Shown here: positions 20,188-29,099 of the stretch, in pieces
Layout of the letters: each line of letters begins with the position of its first letter
Position numbering within the stretch: the stretch's first letter is position 1
Assembly (NCBI GenBank): GCA_043781295.1
Contig: JAYWBS010000223.1
Coordinates: forward strand, 2,270-66,269
Origin: Polaromonas sp.
GTDB taxonomy: Bacteria; Pseudomonadota; Gammaproteobacteria; Burkholderiales; Burkholderiaceae_C
Reading direction: 5' to 3'
DNA: 64,000 nt
The notes under the pieces: generated by a model
Databases searched by the model: none
Told to the model about the DNA's origin: nothing
What the model saw: the letters and a program-made list of their open reading frames with translations, nothing else
Program-made: the position numbers and the translations under genes

Positions 20188-20871
20188 ATGACCCTTGCTT
20201 GTGTTCGCTTGTACCGTTGCGCCGTGATGGCTGCTATTTTGGCGTTTTTAACCGCCTGCGCCAGCCCCATTACCGCCAAAGTCACCAGCTTTAACCAATG
20301 GCCGGTTGACACCGCTGGCGCGAGTTTCAGCTTCATCAGGCCAGCTGACGCCCTCAATGACCTGGAGCAGCAGGCGTATGAACACCATGTGCAGGTCGAG
20401 CTTGAAAAACTTGGACTCAAACGCGCGGCGCCCGGCCAGGTGGGTCGGCTACAGGTTGACGTAGTAACAGGTAATGGCACGCGTAACAAGCAGTTTCGGG
20501 AAGCGATTTACCGCGACAACTACATGTTTCATCCGCCCTACCGTGATGCTGCTGGCAATGTGTTTCCTGGTTTCTGGGCCCCAGACCGTTTTGGTTCTCG
20601 TTACGTTGGCGACCGCACAGTGACGCGCACCGTACAGTTCAGCAACCTGCAATTGCGGCTTCTGGACTCCCAAAGCTCGGCCTCAGGCGTTGCGCCTGGC
20701 AGGCCACATGCCGTGTTTGAGTCAAGAGCCGTGTATGAAGGTGATAACGAAGATCTCGCCACCCTGATGCCGTATCTGGTACGTGCGGTGTTTGATGGTT
20801 TTCCGGGTCAAAACGGCGGGGTACGTAGCATTGCATTCGACAGCAAAACCGGATCGATGCTCAAGAACTGA
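20188..20871 (+). CDS. DUF4136-like lipoprotein
   Basis: lipobox LTAC; L.LRL.D, VFE.RA, LV.A.F.GFPG. Confidence 0.8.
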   Translation: MTLACVRLYRCAVMAAILAFLTACASPITAKVTSFNQWPVDTAGASFSFIRPADALNDLEQQAYEHHVQVELEKLGLKRAAPGQVGRLQVDVVTGNGTRNKQFREAIYRDNYMFHPPYRDAAGNVFPGFWAPDRFGSRYVGDRTVTRTVQFSNLQLRLLDSQSSASGVAPGRPHAVFESRAVYEGDNEDLATLMPYLVRAVFDGFPGQNGGVRSIAFDSKTGSMLKN

Positions 20872-20918
20872 GTTTTTTTAAATTCATCAATACGCAGGCA
20901 GCATTGCACAATGCCAAC

Positions 20919-21584
20919 ATGACCCGTCCCGTACCCAAAAACCTTGCCCCCACCGTACTGTTGACAGGTTTCGATGCATTTGGTGGTCACACCGACAACC
21001 CGAGCTGGCTGGCTGTGGAGGCGCTAAACGGTGAATCGGTGGCTGGCCACACGCTGGTAGCAGCACAACTGCCGACTGCGTTTGTTGGCGCGACGACGAT
21101 GCTTTTACGTCTGCTCAAACAGCATCAGCCCGCACTGGTGATCTGCGTTGGGCAAGCCGGCGGGCGTGGTGCCCTGTCGCTTGAGCGCATTGCCATCAAT
21201 ATTCAAGACGCGCGCATTGAAGACAATACCGGGGCCCAGCCAATTGACGTGCCAGCAATACCGGATGGCCCGGCTGCCTACTTCAGCACCTTGCCCATCA
21301 AAGCCATGTGGCGCACGTTAACTGATGCCGGGCTGGCTGCCGAAGTGTCACAAACCGCAGGCACGTTTGTTTGCAATCATGTGTTTTACGGCTTGATGCA
21401 TGCGCTTGAAAAGCAGCAAGGCAACCACAAGGCAATCGGTGGTTTTATCCACGTGCCTTATTTACCAAGCCAGGGGCTACCGAGTATGTCACTGCAAGAT
21501 ATGGTGCAGGGTCTTCGATTGGCTGTGGCTTGTGCCCTGACAACGCAAGGCGATATATTGCTGGGTGCGGGCACCCTCAGTTAG
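20919..21584 (+). CDS. pcp: pyroglutamyl-peptidase I
   Basis: LTGFDAFGG..NPS, ERIAIN, AGTFVCNH, GFIHVP. Confidence 0.95.
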   Translation: MTRPVPKNLAPTVLLTGFDAFGGHTDNPSWLAVEALNGESVAGHTLVAAQLPTAFVGATTMLLRLLKQHQPALVICVGQAGGRGALSLERIAINIQDARIEDNTGAQPIDVPAIPDGPAAYFSTLPIKAMWRTLTDAGLAAEVSQTAGTFVCNHVFYGLMHALEKQQGNHKAIGGFIHVPYLPSQGLPSMSLQDMVQGLRLAVACALTTQGDILLGAGTLS

Positions 21585-21626
21585 ACGTGACCACCAGCTT
21601 TGCCGACGCTGCTTCTGCAATAGTTA

Positions 21627-21968
21627 TCAAAACCGATTGGCCAAGGTAACAGGCCTCAATCCCTTGGAGTCCGCAGCATAACTTGCATCTGTTGCGTCTG
21701 GTAATAGCCCTGCACTTGCCTGAGCAGAACCAGGCGGCAACAAACGTGTGCAGTCTTTCAGGTCTATGCCCCGGCTGTTTGCAATGCACGTTGCCATGGC
21801 TTTCTGAAAGCTGACCTGACTGGCTTCGCGCAGGTGGGCTTTTTCTACCTGACCTTCAGCGACCAACGCCATAGCGACAAGTTGACAAATAACGATCAGT
21901 CCCGCCGCTACCATGAACAGTTTTTTGACAGGTGCGTTATCGATGATGTGAAGGTGATCTGAGAACAT
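21627..21968 (-). CDS. hypothetical protein with N-terminal TM helix
   Basis: ORF fills the intergenic gap; hydrophobic helix followed by two Cys; start uncertain. Confidence 0.55.
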   Translation of the reverse strand: MFSDHLHIIDNAPVKKLFMVAAGLIVICQLVAMALVAEGQVEKAHLREASQVSFQKAMATCIANSRGIDLKDCTRLLPPGSAQASAGLLPDATDASYAADSKGLRPVTLANRF

Positions 21969-22095
21969 GGTGGAATTCCTCAAGCATTTTTTCGGGCTGA
22001 ATTGATACTATGCGGACCCTCCACACACGAGCTTCGGTATTTGACGATTGCAGATGTAGGATAAAAGCCAATTTCTCCAGATATCACCCACCACC

Positions 22096-23004
22096 ATGTC
22101 GCTTGTACTCAATGCCAGCCAGACTGCCGAACGCCTGCCCTGGCGCGCTCTGGTCGATGAAATCGCGTTTCTTTTAAAAGACAACTCGGTCGAGGTTCCG
22201 CCGCGCCTGGTGCAAACACTTGCGGGTGGTGGCAGCCTGTTTGTGATGCCTGCACGGGATGCCCACATCGCCATCACCAAACTAATTACCTTCACGCCCG
22301 CCAATGCTGGCAGGGGCAGGCCAACCATTCAAGGTGATGTGGTTGTTTTTGACATGGCTACCGGTGAGCGATGTCTGGTGCTCGACGGGCCGACCGTTAC
22401 CGCGCGGCGCACAGCGGCTGTGTCGGTTCTGGCAGCCCAACACCTGGCGCCAAACATTGGCGGACCCCTGCTCATCGTGGGTGCGGGCGTGCAAGGCAAG
22501 GCGCACCTCGAAGCGTTCGCTCAAGTGCTGGACATCAACAACGTGCTGATTGCGTCACGCAGCAGAGCAAGCGCTCAAGCCCTTGCACTGCACGCGCAGT
22601 CGATGGGCTTGACGGCGAATGTTGTGCCTGATGCCAACACAGCGCTGGCCGATTGCCCGTTGGCCGTGATCTGCACGCCTGCCAGCGGCGTTGCTTTGAG
22701 CGCCCTGCCGCGCAAAGATGCGTTTATCAGCGCCGTGGGTGCATTCACGCCCCGCATGGTTGAACTGGGTCATGGGCTGTGTCAGCACCTGGCCCAACAC
22801 GGTAGCGTGTGGCTGGACACCGCTGATGCAAGGTACGAAGCAGGTGATTTGATTCAGGCCGGGCTGGATCTCAAGCGCATGGCAACGCTGCATGATGTCG
22901 TGCGCCAACCCATGGAAAACCCCGTGGGGCCGGTGCTTTTTAAAAGCTGCGGTTGGGCAGGTTGGGATTTGGCTGCTGCGCGGGTGGCTTTGGGGCTCAG
23001 CTAG
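22096..23004 (+). CDS. ornithine cyclodeaminase/mu-crystallin family (Delta1-pyrroline-2-carboxylate reductase-like)
   Basis: VTARRTAAVS, GAGVQG, VGAFTP.M.E, FKSCG. Confidence 0.88.
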   Translation: MSLVLNASQTAERLPWRALVDEIAFLLKDNSVEVPPRLVQTLAGGGSLFVMPARDAHIAITKLITFTPANAGRGRPTIQGDVVVFDMATGERCLVLDGPTVTARRTAAVSVLAAQHLAPNIGGPLLIVGAGVQGKAHLEAFAQVLDINNVLIASRSRASAQALALHAQSMGLTANVVPDANTALADCPLAVICTPASGVALSALPRKDAFISAVGAFTPRMVELGHGLCQHLAQHGSVWLDTADARYEAGDLIQAGLDLKRMATLHDVVRQPMENPVGPVLFKSCGWAGWDLAAARVALGLS

Positions 23005-23023
23005 TCGCCATCACCAAGCTTCG

Positions 23024-23386
23024 TTACAGATTGAAATAGCGCTTCCAGACCAGCGTGTGCAGTGCTGCGCGAAGTGACTCTGGAACCCAGGCGCGAACCC
23101 TGCGCCAGCTTCTCCAGACCATCAAGCCGCCTCGCAGCAGTCGCCATGAACCCTTGGGCCTGAGCAAAACTGTAGCCGACACCACAGCCAGAACACCTAG
23201 GGGGTGGCTGCGCAAATAGTCAAAGCCTGCTTGCGCCATTGCGATGATGCGGCTGCCCGCGTTAGAGGCTTTTTGCAGTGGCTCGAGCTGCACGGCAAGC
23301 AGCGCACGCTGGTAGGCGATGCGCTCCAGCAAACGCCCGCGTTCCTGGTGCAGCGCAAGCAGCTGTTTATTCATCTGCGGCATTGC
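23024..23386 (-). CDS. YqjK-like protein
   Basis: third gene of the DUF883/YqjE/YqjK operon; RGRLLERI..QR..L; start approximate. Confidence 0.7.
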   Translation of the reverse strand, partial: AMPQMNKQLLALHQERGRLLERIAYQRALLAVQLEPLQKASNAGSRIIAMAQAGFDYLRSHPLGVLAVVSATVLLRPKGSWRLLRGGLMVWRSWRRVRAWVPESLRAALHTLVWKRYFNL

Positions 23387-23765
23387 GTTTGGCGCTCTGC
23401 CCTGCGGCTGCACGAAGCTGCTGCAGGTCTTGCTCCAAGGCAGTCAAACTGGCACTGAATATGGCCTCGTCCGGGCTTAGCGTGCGGCGCAGCGCCGCGT
23501 AACACCACAACGCAATCGCAAGAAACACGGCGGTCGACAAGCTCAGCACCAGCACCCGCTGCTCCCACCACACGGCCAGTACCAGCGCCAGGGCAAGCAG
23601 CACACTCAAGCCAAGGCAAAACACCATCGCCAGCCCCAGCCCGAGTTGCTGCACCAGTATGAGCTTTTGCGCCTGCAACTCATTGCCAAGCAGGGCCAGC
23701 CGGGTTTGCAGCGTCGCCAGCAAGGTCCCCACAATATTTTTAAGCGCGTTCAGCATGGCAAGCAA
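23367..23765 (-). CDS. YqjE/phage-holin-family membrane protein
   Basis: TRL.L...EL, two TM helices, F..SL..L..D. Confidence 0.82.
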   Translation of the reverse strand: MLAMLNALKNIVGTLLATLQTRLALLGNELQAQKLILVQQLGLGLAMVFCLGLSVLLALALVLAVWWEQRVLVLSLSTAVFLAIALWCYAALRRTLSPDEAIFSASLTALEQDLQQLRAAAGQSAKRNAADE

Positions 23766-23794
23766 GCGAGCCTGATGAAACTGAAATCACACAC

Positions 23795-24115
23795 CTAGCG
23801 CCGGGAAATAAGCACACCCAGCAGCAAGCCCACGCCAGCGGCGATGCCAACAGCTGTCCACGGCGACTCATGAACAAAATCATCCGTAGCCTGCGCGGCG
23901 GCACGGGTTTTGGCAACCAGCATCTCTTCGGCATCGGCCAGCCGAATTTTGGCATCACTGAGCCTGGCCTTGATGCGAACCCGAAGGTTTGCGATTTTTT
24001 CACCCGCCTGATCGGCCGTCGCGCCCAGCATTTCTTCGGCCTCGGAAATCACGGATTTGATGTCACTGACGAGCTGTTCTTGCAGATTGACGCTGGTAGG
24101 AATAGGTTTGACCAT
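23795..24115 (-). CDS. DUF883 (ElaB/YqjD) family protein
   Basis: DDFVHESPW.AVGIAAGVGLLLG.LISRR. Confidence 0.92.
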   Translation of the reverse strand: MVKPIPTSVNLQEQLVSDIKSVISEAEEMLGATADQAGEKIANLRVRIKARLSDAKIRLADAEEMLVAKTRAAAQATDDFVHESPWTAVGIAAGVGLLLGVLISRR

Positions 24116-24192
24116 GGGAAGCCTTTCGATGGGTGGTTTTAAAGTTTCAAGCGTATCAGATTAGCGCAAAGTTGCGGTGAAAGGTTGCCAAG

Positions 24193-24984
24193 ATGACTGC
24201 CAGTATGATGATTCTGAATATGAATACATTGCGTTGCTACGTACTGTTATTGCTGGCTTTTTTCACCACCTCTGTTGTAGCAAACGAGGTACGGGTATTT
24301 GCTTCAGGCGCTGCAAAACATGCGGTAGAGGCACTGGCACCGGCTTTTTACAAAGCCACTGGCCACACGCTACACGCCAGCTATGACACGGTAGGCGCAC
24401 TCACAAGCCGCGTGCTGCTGGCACCGCCTGGGGAGGCAACAGATGTCGTCATTCTCAGCGACGCTGCACTGGCGTCCCTGGGTGCTGCAGGCCGTTTGAG
24501 TGCGGTGCCCGCCCACCGCATTGGGCGGGTTGTGGTGGCCATCGCCGTCAAGCAAGGCACGCCGGTACCAGATGTGTCAACCAGCGACGCACTACGGCAA
24601 GCGCTGCTGACCGCACCCAGCGTGGCCTATGGCGATCCGGCACGCGGCGCCACCGCTGGCACGCACTTCGCCAAAGTCATCACTACGTTGGGGCTCGGTG
24701 ACCTACTGAAGGGCAAGATCACCGTGTTGCCTTTTGGCGTGGACGTGATTGCAGGCGTTGCCGAAGGGCGCTATGCCTTGGGCATCAGCCAATCGAGCGA
24801 AATCAGGCAATACAGAGGCATCAGCTACGCAGGCCCGCTACCAGCGCCGTATGGGCTGTCAACAGCGTACGGAGCTGCATTAACCAGCGAGAGCGCAGCA
24901 GCCAGGCAATTTCTGACGTTTTTGAACAGCGACGAAGCGTTAAGAGAATTTGAAGGCAGCGGGTTTGTGCAGGCGAAGGATTGA
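24193..24984 (+). CDS. ModA-like substrate-binding protein (orphan)
   Basis: DVVILS, YGDP..GATAG.HF, Q.SEI; start uncertain. Confidence 0.8.
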   Translation: MTASMMILNMNTLRCYVLLLLAFFTTSVVANEVRVFASGAAKHAVEALAPAFYKATGHTLHASYDTVGALTSRVLLAPPGEATDVVILSDAALASLGAAGRLSAVPAHRIGRVVVAIAVKQGTPVPDVSTSDALRQALLTAPSVAYGDPARGATAGTHFAKVITTLGLGDLLKGKITVLPFGVDVIAGVAEGRYALGISQSSEIRQYRGISYAGPLPAPYGLSTAYGAALTSESAAARQFLTFLNSDEALREFEGSGFVQAKD

Positions 24985-25038
24985 CTTCAGATTTCATTTG
25001 CATTACATTTGCATTACATAAAATCTACAGAGCCATTC

Positions 25039-25335
25039 ATGAAAACAGCCACCCTACCAGCCGTACGTGTCAGCCCCGAAACACGCGCTTTGATTGAGTC
25101 TGTGCTCAAGGACGGTGAGTCACTGTCCACCTTCATTGAAGAAAGCGCCAAACGCCAAGCCAGCTGGCGCAAGGAAGACGAAGCGTTTTATGCGCGTGCG
25201 GTTCGGTCATCAGAGCTGGTCAAAGCCGGCAAAATGCGTACCTACTCGCTTGATGAAGTAATGAAAGGCCTGCGCGATATGACAGCTCAAAAGAAACGCG
25301 CCAAAAGCGCGACCAAACAAACTACAAGCGCATGA
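25039..25335 (+). CDS. YlcI/YnfO-like RHH antitoxin
   Basis: MKTATLPAVRV.PE.R...ESVL..GESLS.F; upstream direct repeat CATTTGCATTA x2 (24995-25016). Confidence 0.8.
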   Translation: MKTATLPAVRVSPETRALIESVLKDGESLSTFIEESAKRQASWRKEDEAFYARAVRSSELVKAGKMRTYSLDEVMKGLRDMTAQKKRAKSATKQTTSA

Positions 25336-25643
25336 AGACCTATGAGCTGGTCGTCGCTCAAAGCGCCAAAGACGATCTGGAGCGACTGCATGCGTTCGCA
25401 ACTGACATTGATCCCGATATGGCAGAGTGTGCTCTCAAAACGATCACGTCCGCATTTCAAATTTTGACCCGTCACCCGCACACTTGCCGAAAAATGCAAA
25501 GTGCAGATTTATCGAACTCTGCTTTGCGAGAGCTTGTGATCAAGTTTGGTAATGCGGGCTACCTGGCGCTGTTTGAAATTGTTGACGAAGAGGTCGCGCT
25601 GGTTTTGGCAATACGGCACCAACGAGAAAATGATTACCACTAG
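25332..25643 (+). CDS. RelE/ParE-family toxin
   Basis: A..DL.RL..F, RELVI.FG..GY.ALF, LAIRHQRE.DYH. Confidence 0.88.
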   Translation: MKTYELVVAQSAKDDLERLHAFATDIDPDMAECALKTITSAFQILTRHPHTCRKMQSADLSNSALRELVIKFGNAGYLALFEIVDEEVALVLAIRHQRENDYH

Positions 25644-25658
25644 CCACTAAATCCCGCC

Positions 25659-26243
25659 TCAGGCCTTCGGCAACGTCACCCCAACCTGCCCCTGATACTT
25701 GCCGCCCCGGTCTTTGTACGAGACCTCGCACACGTCGTCTTTGTCGCTTTCAAAAAACAGCACCTGCGCGCAGCCCTCGCCTGCATAAATCTTGGCGGGC
25801 AGTGGTGTGGTGTTGGAGAACTCCAGCGTCACGTAGCCCTCCCATTCGGGCTCGAACGGGGTCACGTTGACGATGATGCCGCAGCGTGCGTAGGTGCTTT
25901 TACCCAGACAGATGGTCAGCACGTTGCGCGGGATGCGAAAGTACTCGAGCGTGCGGGCCAGCGCAAAGCTGTTGGGCGGAATGATGCAGCTGTCGCCCGA
26001 GAAATCAACAAAGCTTTTTTCGTCAAAGTTTTTCGGGTCAACCACTGTGCTGTGGATGTTGGTAAACACCTTGAACTCGGGCGCGCAGCGGATGTCATAA
26101 CCGTAGCTGCTGGTGCCGTAGCTGATGATTTTTTGGCTCACACCGCCTACTTCTCTCTGGCGGATCTGGCCAGGCTCAAACGGCTCGATCATGCCGGTGG
26201 TTTCAGCCATGCGGCGTATCCATTTGTCGCTTTTGATGCTCAT
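25659..26243 (-). CDS. dcd: dCTP deaminase
   Basis: [26 protein letters not shown]. Confidence 0.97.
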   Translation of the reverse strand: MSIKSDKWIRRMAETTGMIEPFEPGQIRQREVGGVSQKIISYGTSSYGYDIRCAPEFKVFTNIHSTVVDPKNFDEKSFVDFSGDSCIIPPNSFALARTLEYFRIPRNVLTICLGKSTYARCGIIVNVTPFEPEWEGYVTLEFSNTTPLPAKIYAGEGCAQVLFFESDKDDVCEVSYKDRGGKYQGQVGVTLPKA

Positions 26244-26306
26244 TACGGGTTTCCTTGGTATGTCTCAATTGTAGGCAAGCCGGGAGGCACAGAAACAGGC
26301 ATAGAT

Positions 26307-26361
26307 TGCTATTTATTTAGTAGCTGCTTGCGCCCGAATCTATTGGGATAAAGGCATTTTT
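26307..26361 (+). repeat. two-box repeat, copy 2 (intergenic)
   Basis: GCTA-tttatttag-TAGC tgcttgc GCCC-gaatctatt-GGGA taaaggc. Confidence 0.9.
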
Positions 26362-26381
26362 AATGCCTGAAAACAGAGGTT

Positions 26382-27692
26382 TTAGCCTTCCAAACCCTGC
26401 GAAATCACGGTTTTTACAATCAGGCGATCGTCACCGAGAACGATGAGTGCAAAAAGCAGCTCGTCCAGCGTCCCAGCGCGCTCGGTTTTACGGGCCAGCA
26501 GCGGCGTGGCCTTGGGGTTGAGGACGATAAAGTCCGCCTCGCAGCCGGGCAGCAGGTTGCCGACCACCCCCTCCAGACCCAGTGCCTGGGCCGCGCCTGC
26601 GGTGTGTTGCCACCAAAGCTGCTGGGGGCTGAGCGACACGCCCGGCTTGGTCTGCAAACCTTCGACCTTTGTACGGCCCACGTAATACGCCGCCAGCATG
26701 GTGTGAAATGGGCTGAACGACGTACCGCCGCCCACATCACTGGCCAGGCCATACAAGTGGCCAACCCGGTCAGCGCCCGCGTAGTCAAAAAATCCGCTGC
26801 CTAAAAACAGATTGCTGGTGGGGCTAACGGCGGCAGCGGTACCTGTGGCGCGCATCAGGGCGCGGTCTTCGTCGTCAATATGAATGCAGTGGGCGTACAC
26901 GGCTTTGGGCCGCAGCAAACCAAACTGCTCGTACACGCTGAGGTAGCTGCGGGCTGCGGGGTAGAGCTGTTTCACCCAGGCGATTTCATCAACGTTTTCA
27001 GCTACGTGTGACTGAATCCACACGTCCGGATACTTGGCCGCCAACTCGCCCGCGCCGCGCAACTGCGCTGCGCTGCTGGTGGGTACAAAGCGCGGCGTGA
27101 TGGCGTAGCCCAGGCGGTCAACACCGTGCCATTTTTGAATCAGGGCTTGGGTGTCGATCAAACTTTGCTCTGTTTGGTCGCGCAACCCGTCAGGCGCGTT
27201 CTGGTCCATCAGCACCTTGCCGGCCATCATGCGCAGGCTTTGCTTTTGCGCTTCGCCCAGCAGCGCATCAACTGATTCGGGGTGTGAGGTGGCAAAGGTG
27301 AGGGCTGTCGTGACACCATGGCGCAGCAGTTCTGCTATGAAAAAAGAAGCCGCTTGTGCACAGTATTCGGGCGCTGCAAAGCGTTTTTCTTCTGGAAACG
27401 TGTAGTTCTCAAGCCACGGCAGCAAGCCATCAGCGGGCGAGCCAATCACGTCAAGCTGTGGGTAGTGGATGTGCATGTCCACGAAGCCTGGTGCGATGAT
27501 CCGGCCTGGCAGGTGTTCGATGGGCAAGCTTGGATAGCTTGATTGCAAGCTTTGAAAGTTGCTTTGATAACTGCCAATAGTTTGCACGACCTGTCGGCCT
27601 TGAGCGTTGGGGCCAACGACCAGCAAGCCGTCTTGTTCAAACACGGCTTCACGGCCTTTGAAGTACAGCAGTGAGGCTCGGTAGGCTTTCAT
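26382..27692 (-). CDS. guaD: guanine deaminase
   Basis: PGFVDMHIHYPQ, AITPRF, HVAEN, PTSNLFLGSG, DVGGGTS, GDDR. Confidence 0.95.
   Translation of the reverse strand: MKAYRASLLYFKGREAVFEQDGLLVVGPNAQGRQVVQTIGSYQSNFQSLQSSYPSLPIEHLPGRIIAPGFVDMHIHYPQLDVIGSPADGLLPWLENYTFPEEKRFAAPEYCAQAASFFIAELLRHGVTTALTFATSHPESVDALLGEAQKQSLRMMAGKVLMDQNAPDGLRDQTEQSLIDTQALIQKWHGVDRLGYAITPRFVPTSSAAQLRGAGELAAKYPDVWIQSHVAENVDEIAWVKQLYPAARSYLSVYEQFGLLRPKAVYAHCIHIDDEDRALMRATGTAAAVSPTSNLFLGSGFFDYAGADRVGHLYGLASDVGGGTSFSPFHTMLAAYYVGRTKVEGLQTKPGVSLSPQQLWWQHTAGAAQALGLEGVVGNLLPGCEADFIVLNPKATPLLARKTERAGTLDELLFALIVLGDDRLIVKTVISQGLEG
27333..27388 (+). repeat. two-box repeat, copy 3 (degenerate, inside guaD)
   Basis: GCTA-tgaaaaaag-AAGC cgcttgt GCAC-agtattcgg-GCGC. 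Confidence 0.6.
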
Positions 27693-28057
27693 GATTCAGT
27701 CAATGTGCAGCTGTCACCCATGCCCGCTCGCCACACCCGCACGGCTGCCAGTCCGGGCAGGCTGGGGGCCAGCGCCCGCCAGATGTAGGCGCACAGGTTC
27801 TCCAGCGTCGCGGTGCCCAGGCCGGGCACGTCGTCGAGCATGCGGTGGTCAAGCTGGGGACGCAGCACCTCAATCGCCGCGCGCACACGGCCCAAGTCAA
27901 GCACCATGCCGGTAGCCGGGTCAGGCTGGCCGCTCAAGGTCACCTCGGCGTTATAGGTGTGGCCATGGATGCGCCTGCTGCTGTCGGCTTCCATTTCACG
28001 CTTCAAGGTATGGGAGGCGTCGAAGAAGAAAGTTTGGCTGATTTGATAGCTCATCAT
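27689..28057 (-). CDS. queD: 6-carboxytetrahydropterin synthase (QueD/PTPS family), Ser at the usual catalytic Cys
   Basis: F.ASH.L, SRRIHGHTY, GMV.D, LDH..L, TLENL. Confidence 0.85.
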   Translation of the reverse strand: MMSYQISQTFFFDASHTLKREMEADSSRRIHGHTYNAEVTLSGQPDPATGMVLDLGRVRAAIEVLRPQLDHRMLDDVPGLGTATLENLCAYIWRALAPSLPGLAAVRVWRAGMGDSCTLTES

Positions 28058-28062
28058 GTGCT

Positions 28063-28698
28063 TTAACGTATGCCGGTCATTTTGTGGGTTTGCAGGCTCA
28101 AGCGCCAGGCGGGGCGCTGCATACACAGGGCTATGCAGTCGCGCGTGTTGGCAGCTTTGCGTACGTTGTCCATCGGCTGCAAATAGCGATGCGTGAAATT
28201 GGCGGCTTCAAGTTCTGCCAGGTCAAATGCCGGTTGTGGCCACACCACTTTCAATTCATGGCCTTCGCGCTGTACCCACGGCGCACCGGCTTTGGGGCTG
28301 ACGCAAATCCAGTCAATGCCTTCAGGTGCGGCGATGGTGCCATTGGTTTCGACTGCGATTTCAAAACCGCGCGCGTGCAATGTGTCAATCAAAGCCGCGT
28401 CAACTTGCAGCAAAGGCTCGCCGCCTGTCATCACCACAAAACGGTGGCGCTGGTCGCCCAAAGGCCACTGCGCTTCGATTCGATCAGCAAGCGCATCGGC
28501 CTCTGCAAACTTGCCGCCCAGCGTTCCGTCTGTGCCCACAAAGTCGGTGTCGCAAAAATTGCAGATGGCGCTTGCGCGATCTTGCTCGCGGCCAGACCAC
28601 AAATTGCAGCCTGCAAAGCGGCAAAACACGGCCGGGCGCCCCGCATTGGCACCTTCACCTTGCAGGGTATAGAAAATTTCTTTGACCTGATAACTCAT
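28063..28698 (-). CDS. queE: 7-carboxy-7-deazaguanine synthase (radical SAM, CX14CX2C type)
   Basis: EIFYTLQGEG, CNLWSGREQDRASAICNFCDT, TGGEP, ETNG, SPK, QTHK. Confidence 0.95.
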   Translation of the reverse strand: MSYQVKEIFYTLQGEGANAGRPAVFCRFAGCNLWSGREQDRASAICNFCDTDFVGTDGTLGGKFAEADALADRIEAQWPLGDQRHRFVVMTGGEPLLQVDAALIDTLHARGFEIAVETNGTIAAPEGIDWICVSPKAGAPWVQREGHELKVVWPQPAFDLAELEAANFTHRYLQPMDNVRKAANTRDCIALCMQRPAWRLSLQTHKMTGIR

Positions 28699-28844
28699 GC
28701 GACGCTCCATGCCGCAATGGGCTGGGCCGTGAGGTTTTTATACATGGTAGTCCTCTACATGGCCCCGAGATGTCTAGAACTGCAGTGCGTCGGGACGGCA
28801 CGCTAGCGAACCGATGATTTTAACGGTTTAGCTGAAAGTCTCAA
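28699..28844 (-). promoter_or_regulatory. sigma70 promoter and structured ~110-nt leader of queE
   Basis: TTGAGA(28844-28839)-N16-TAAAAT(28822-28817); leader contains hairpins and a pseudoknot-capable segment. Confidence 0.55.
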
Positions 28845-29099
28845 AACACTCGTCGTAGCGGGCGGCGGACGCCTACGTGGATGCCAAGACGGGCGAGCAG
28901 GACAGCGCGGCCCGTGGCCGATCTCCCGTCCTGCGGAGTCGCTGCTTCATGCTGAAGCATTGCAAATCAAAGCAAAGGATGCCGGAGATTTGCGCTTGAC
29001 TTCTTCTTGCGATTCGACTAGATTCGACTCCATCAATTCTACCTAACGACCGTTTGAATAACTACCGCCGCATGGCGCACCCGACAGCAGGAACTTGAT

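Noticed and set aside
28063-28698. Unusual CX14CX2C radical SAM motif
   Set aside because: Already described for Burkholderia-type QueE; not novel.
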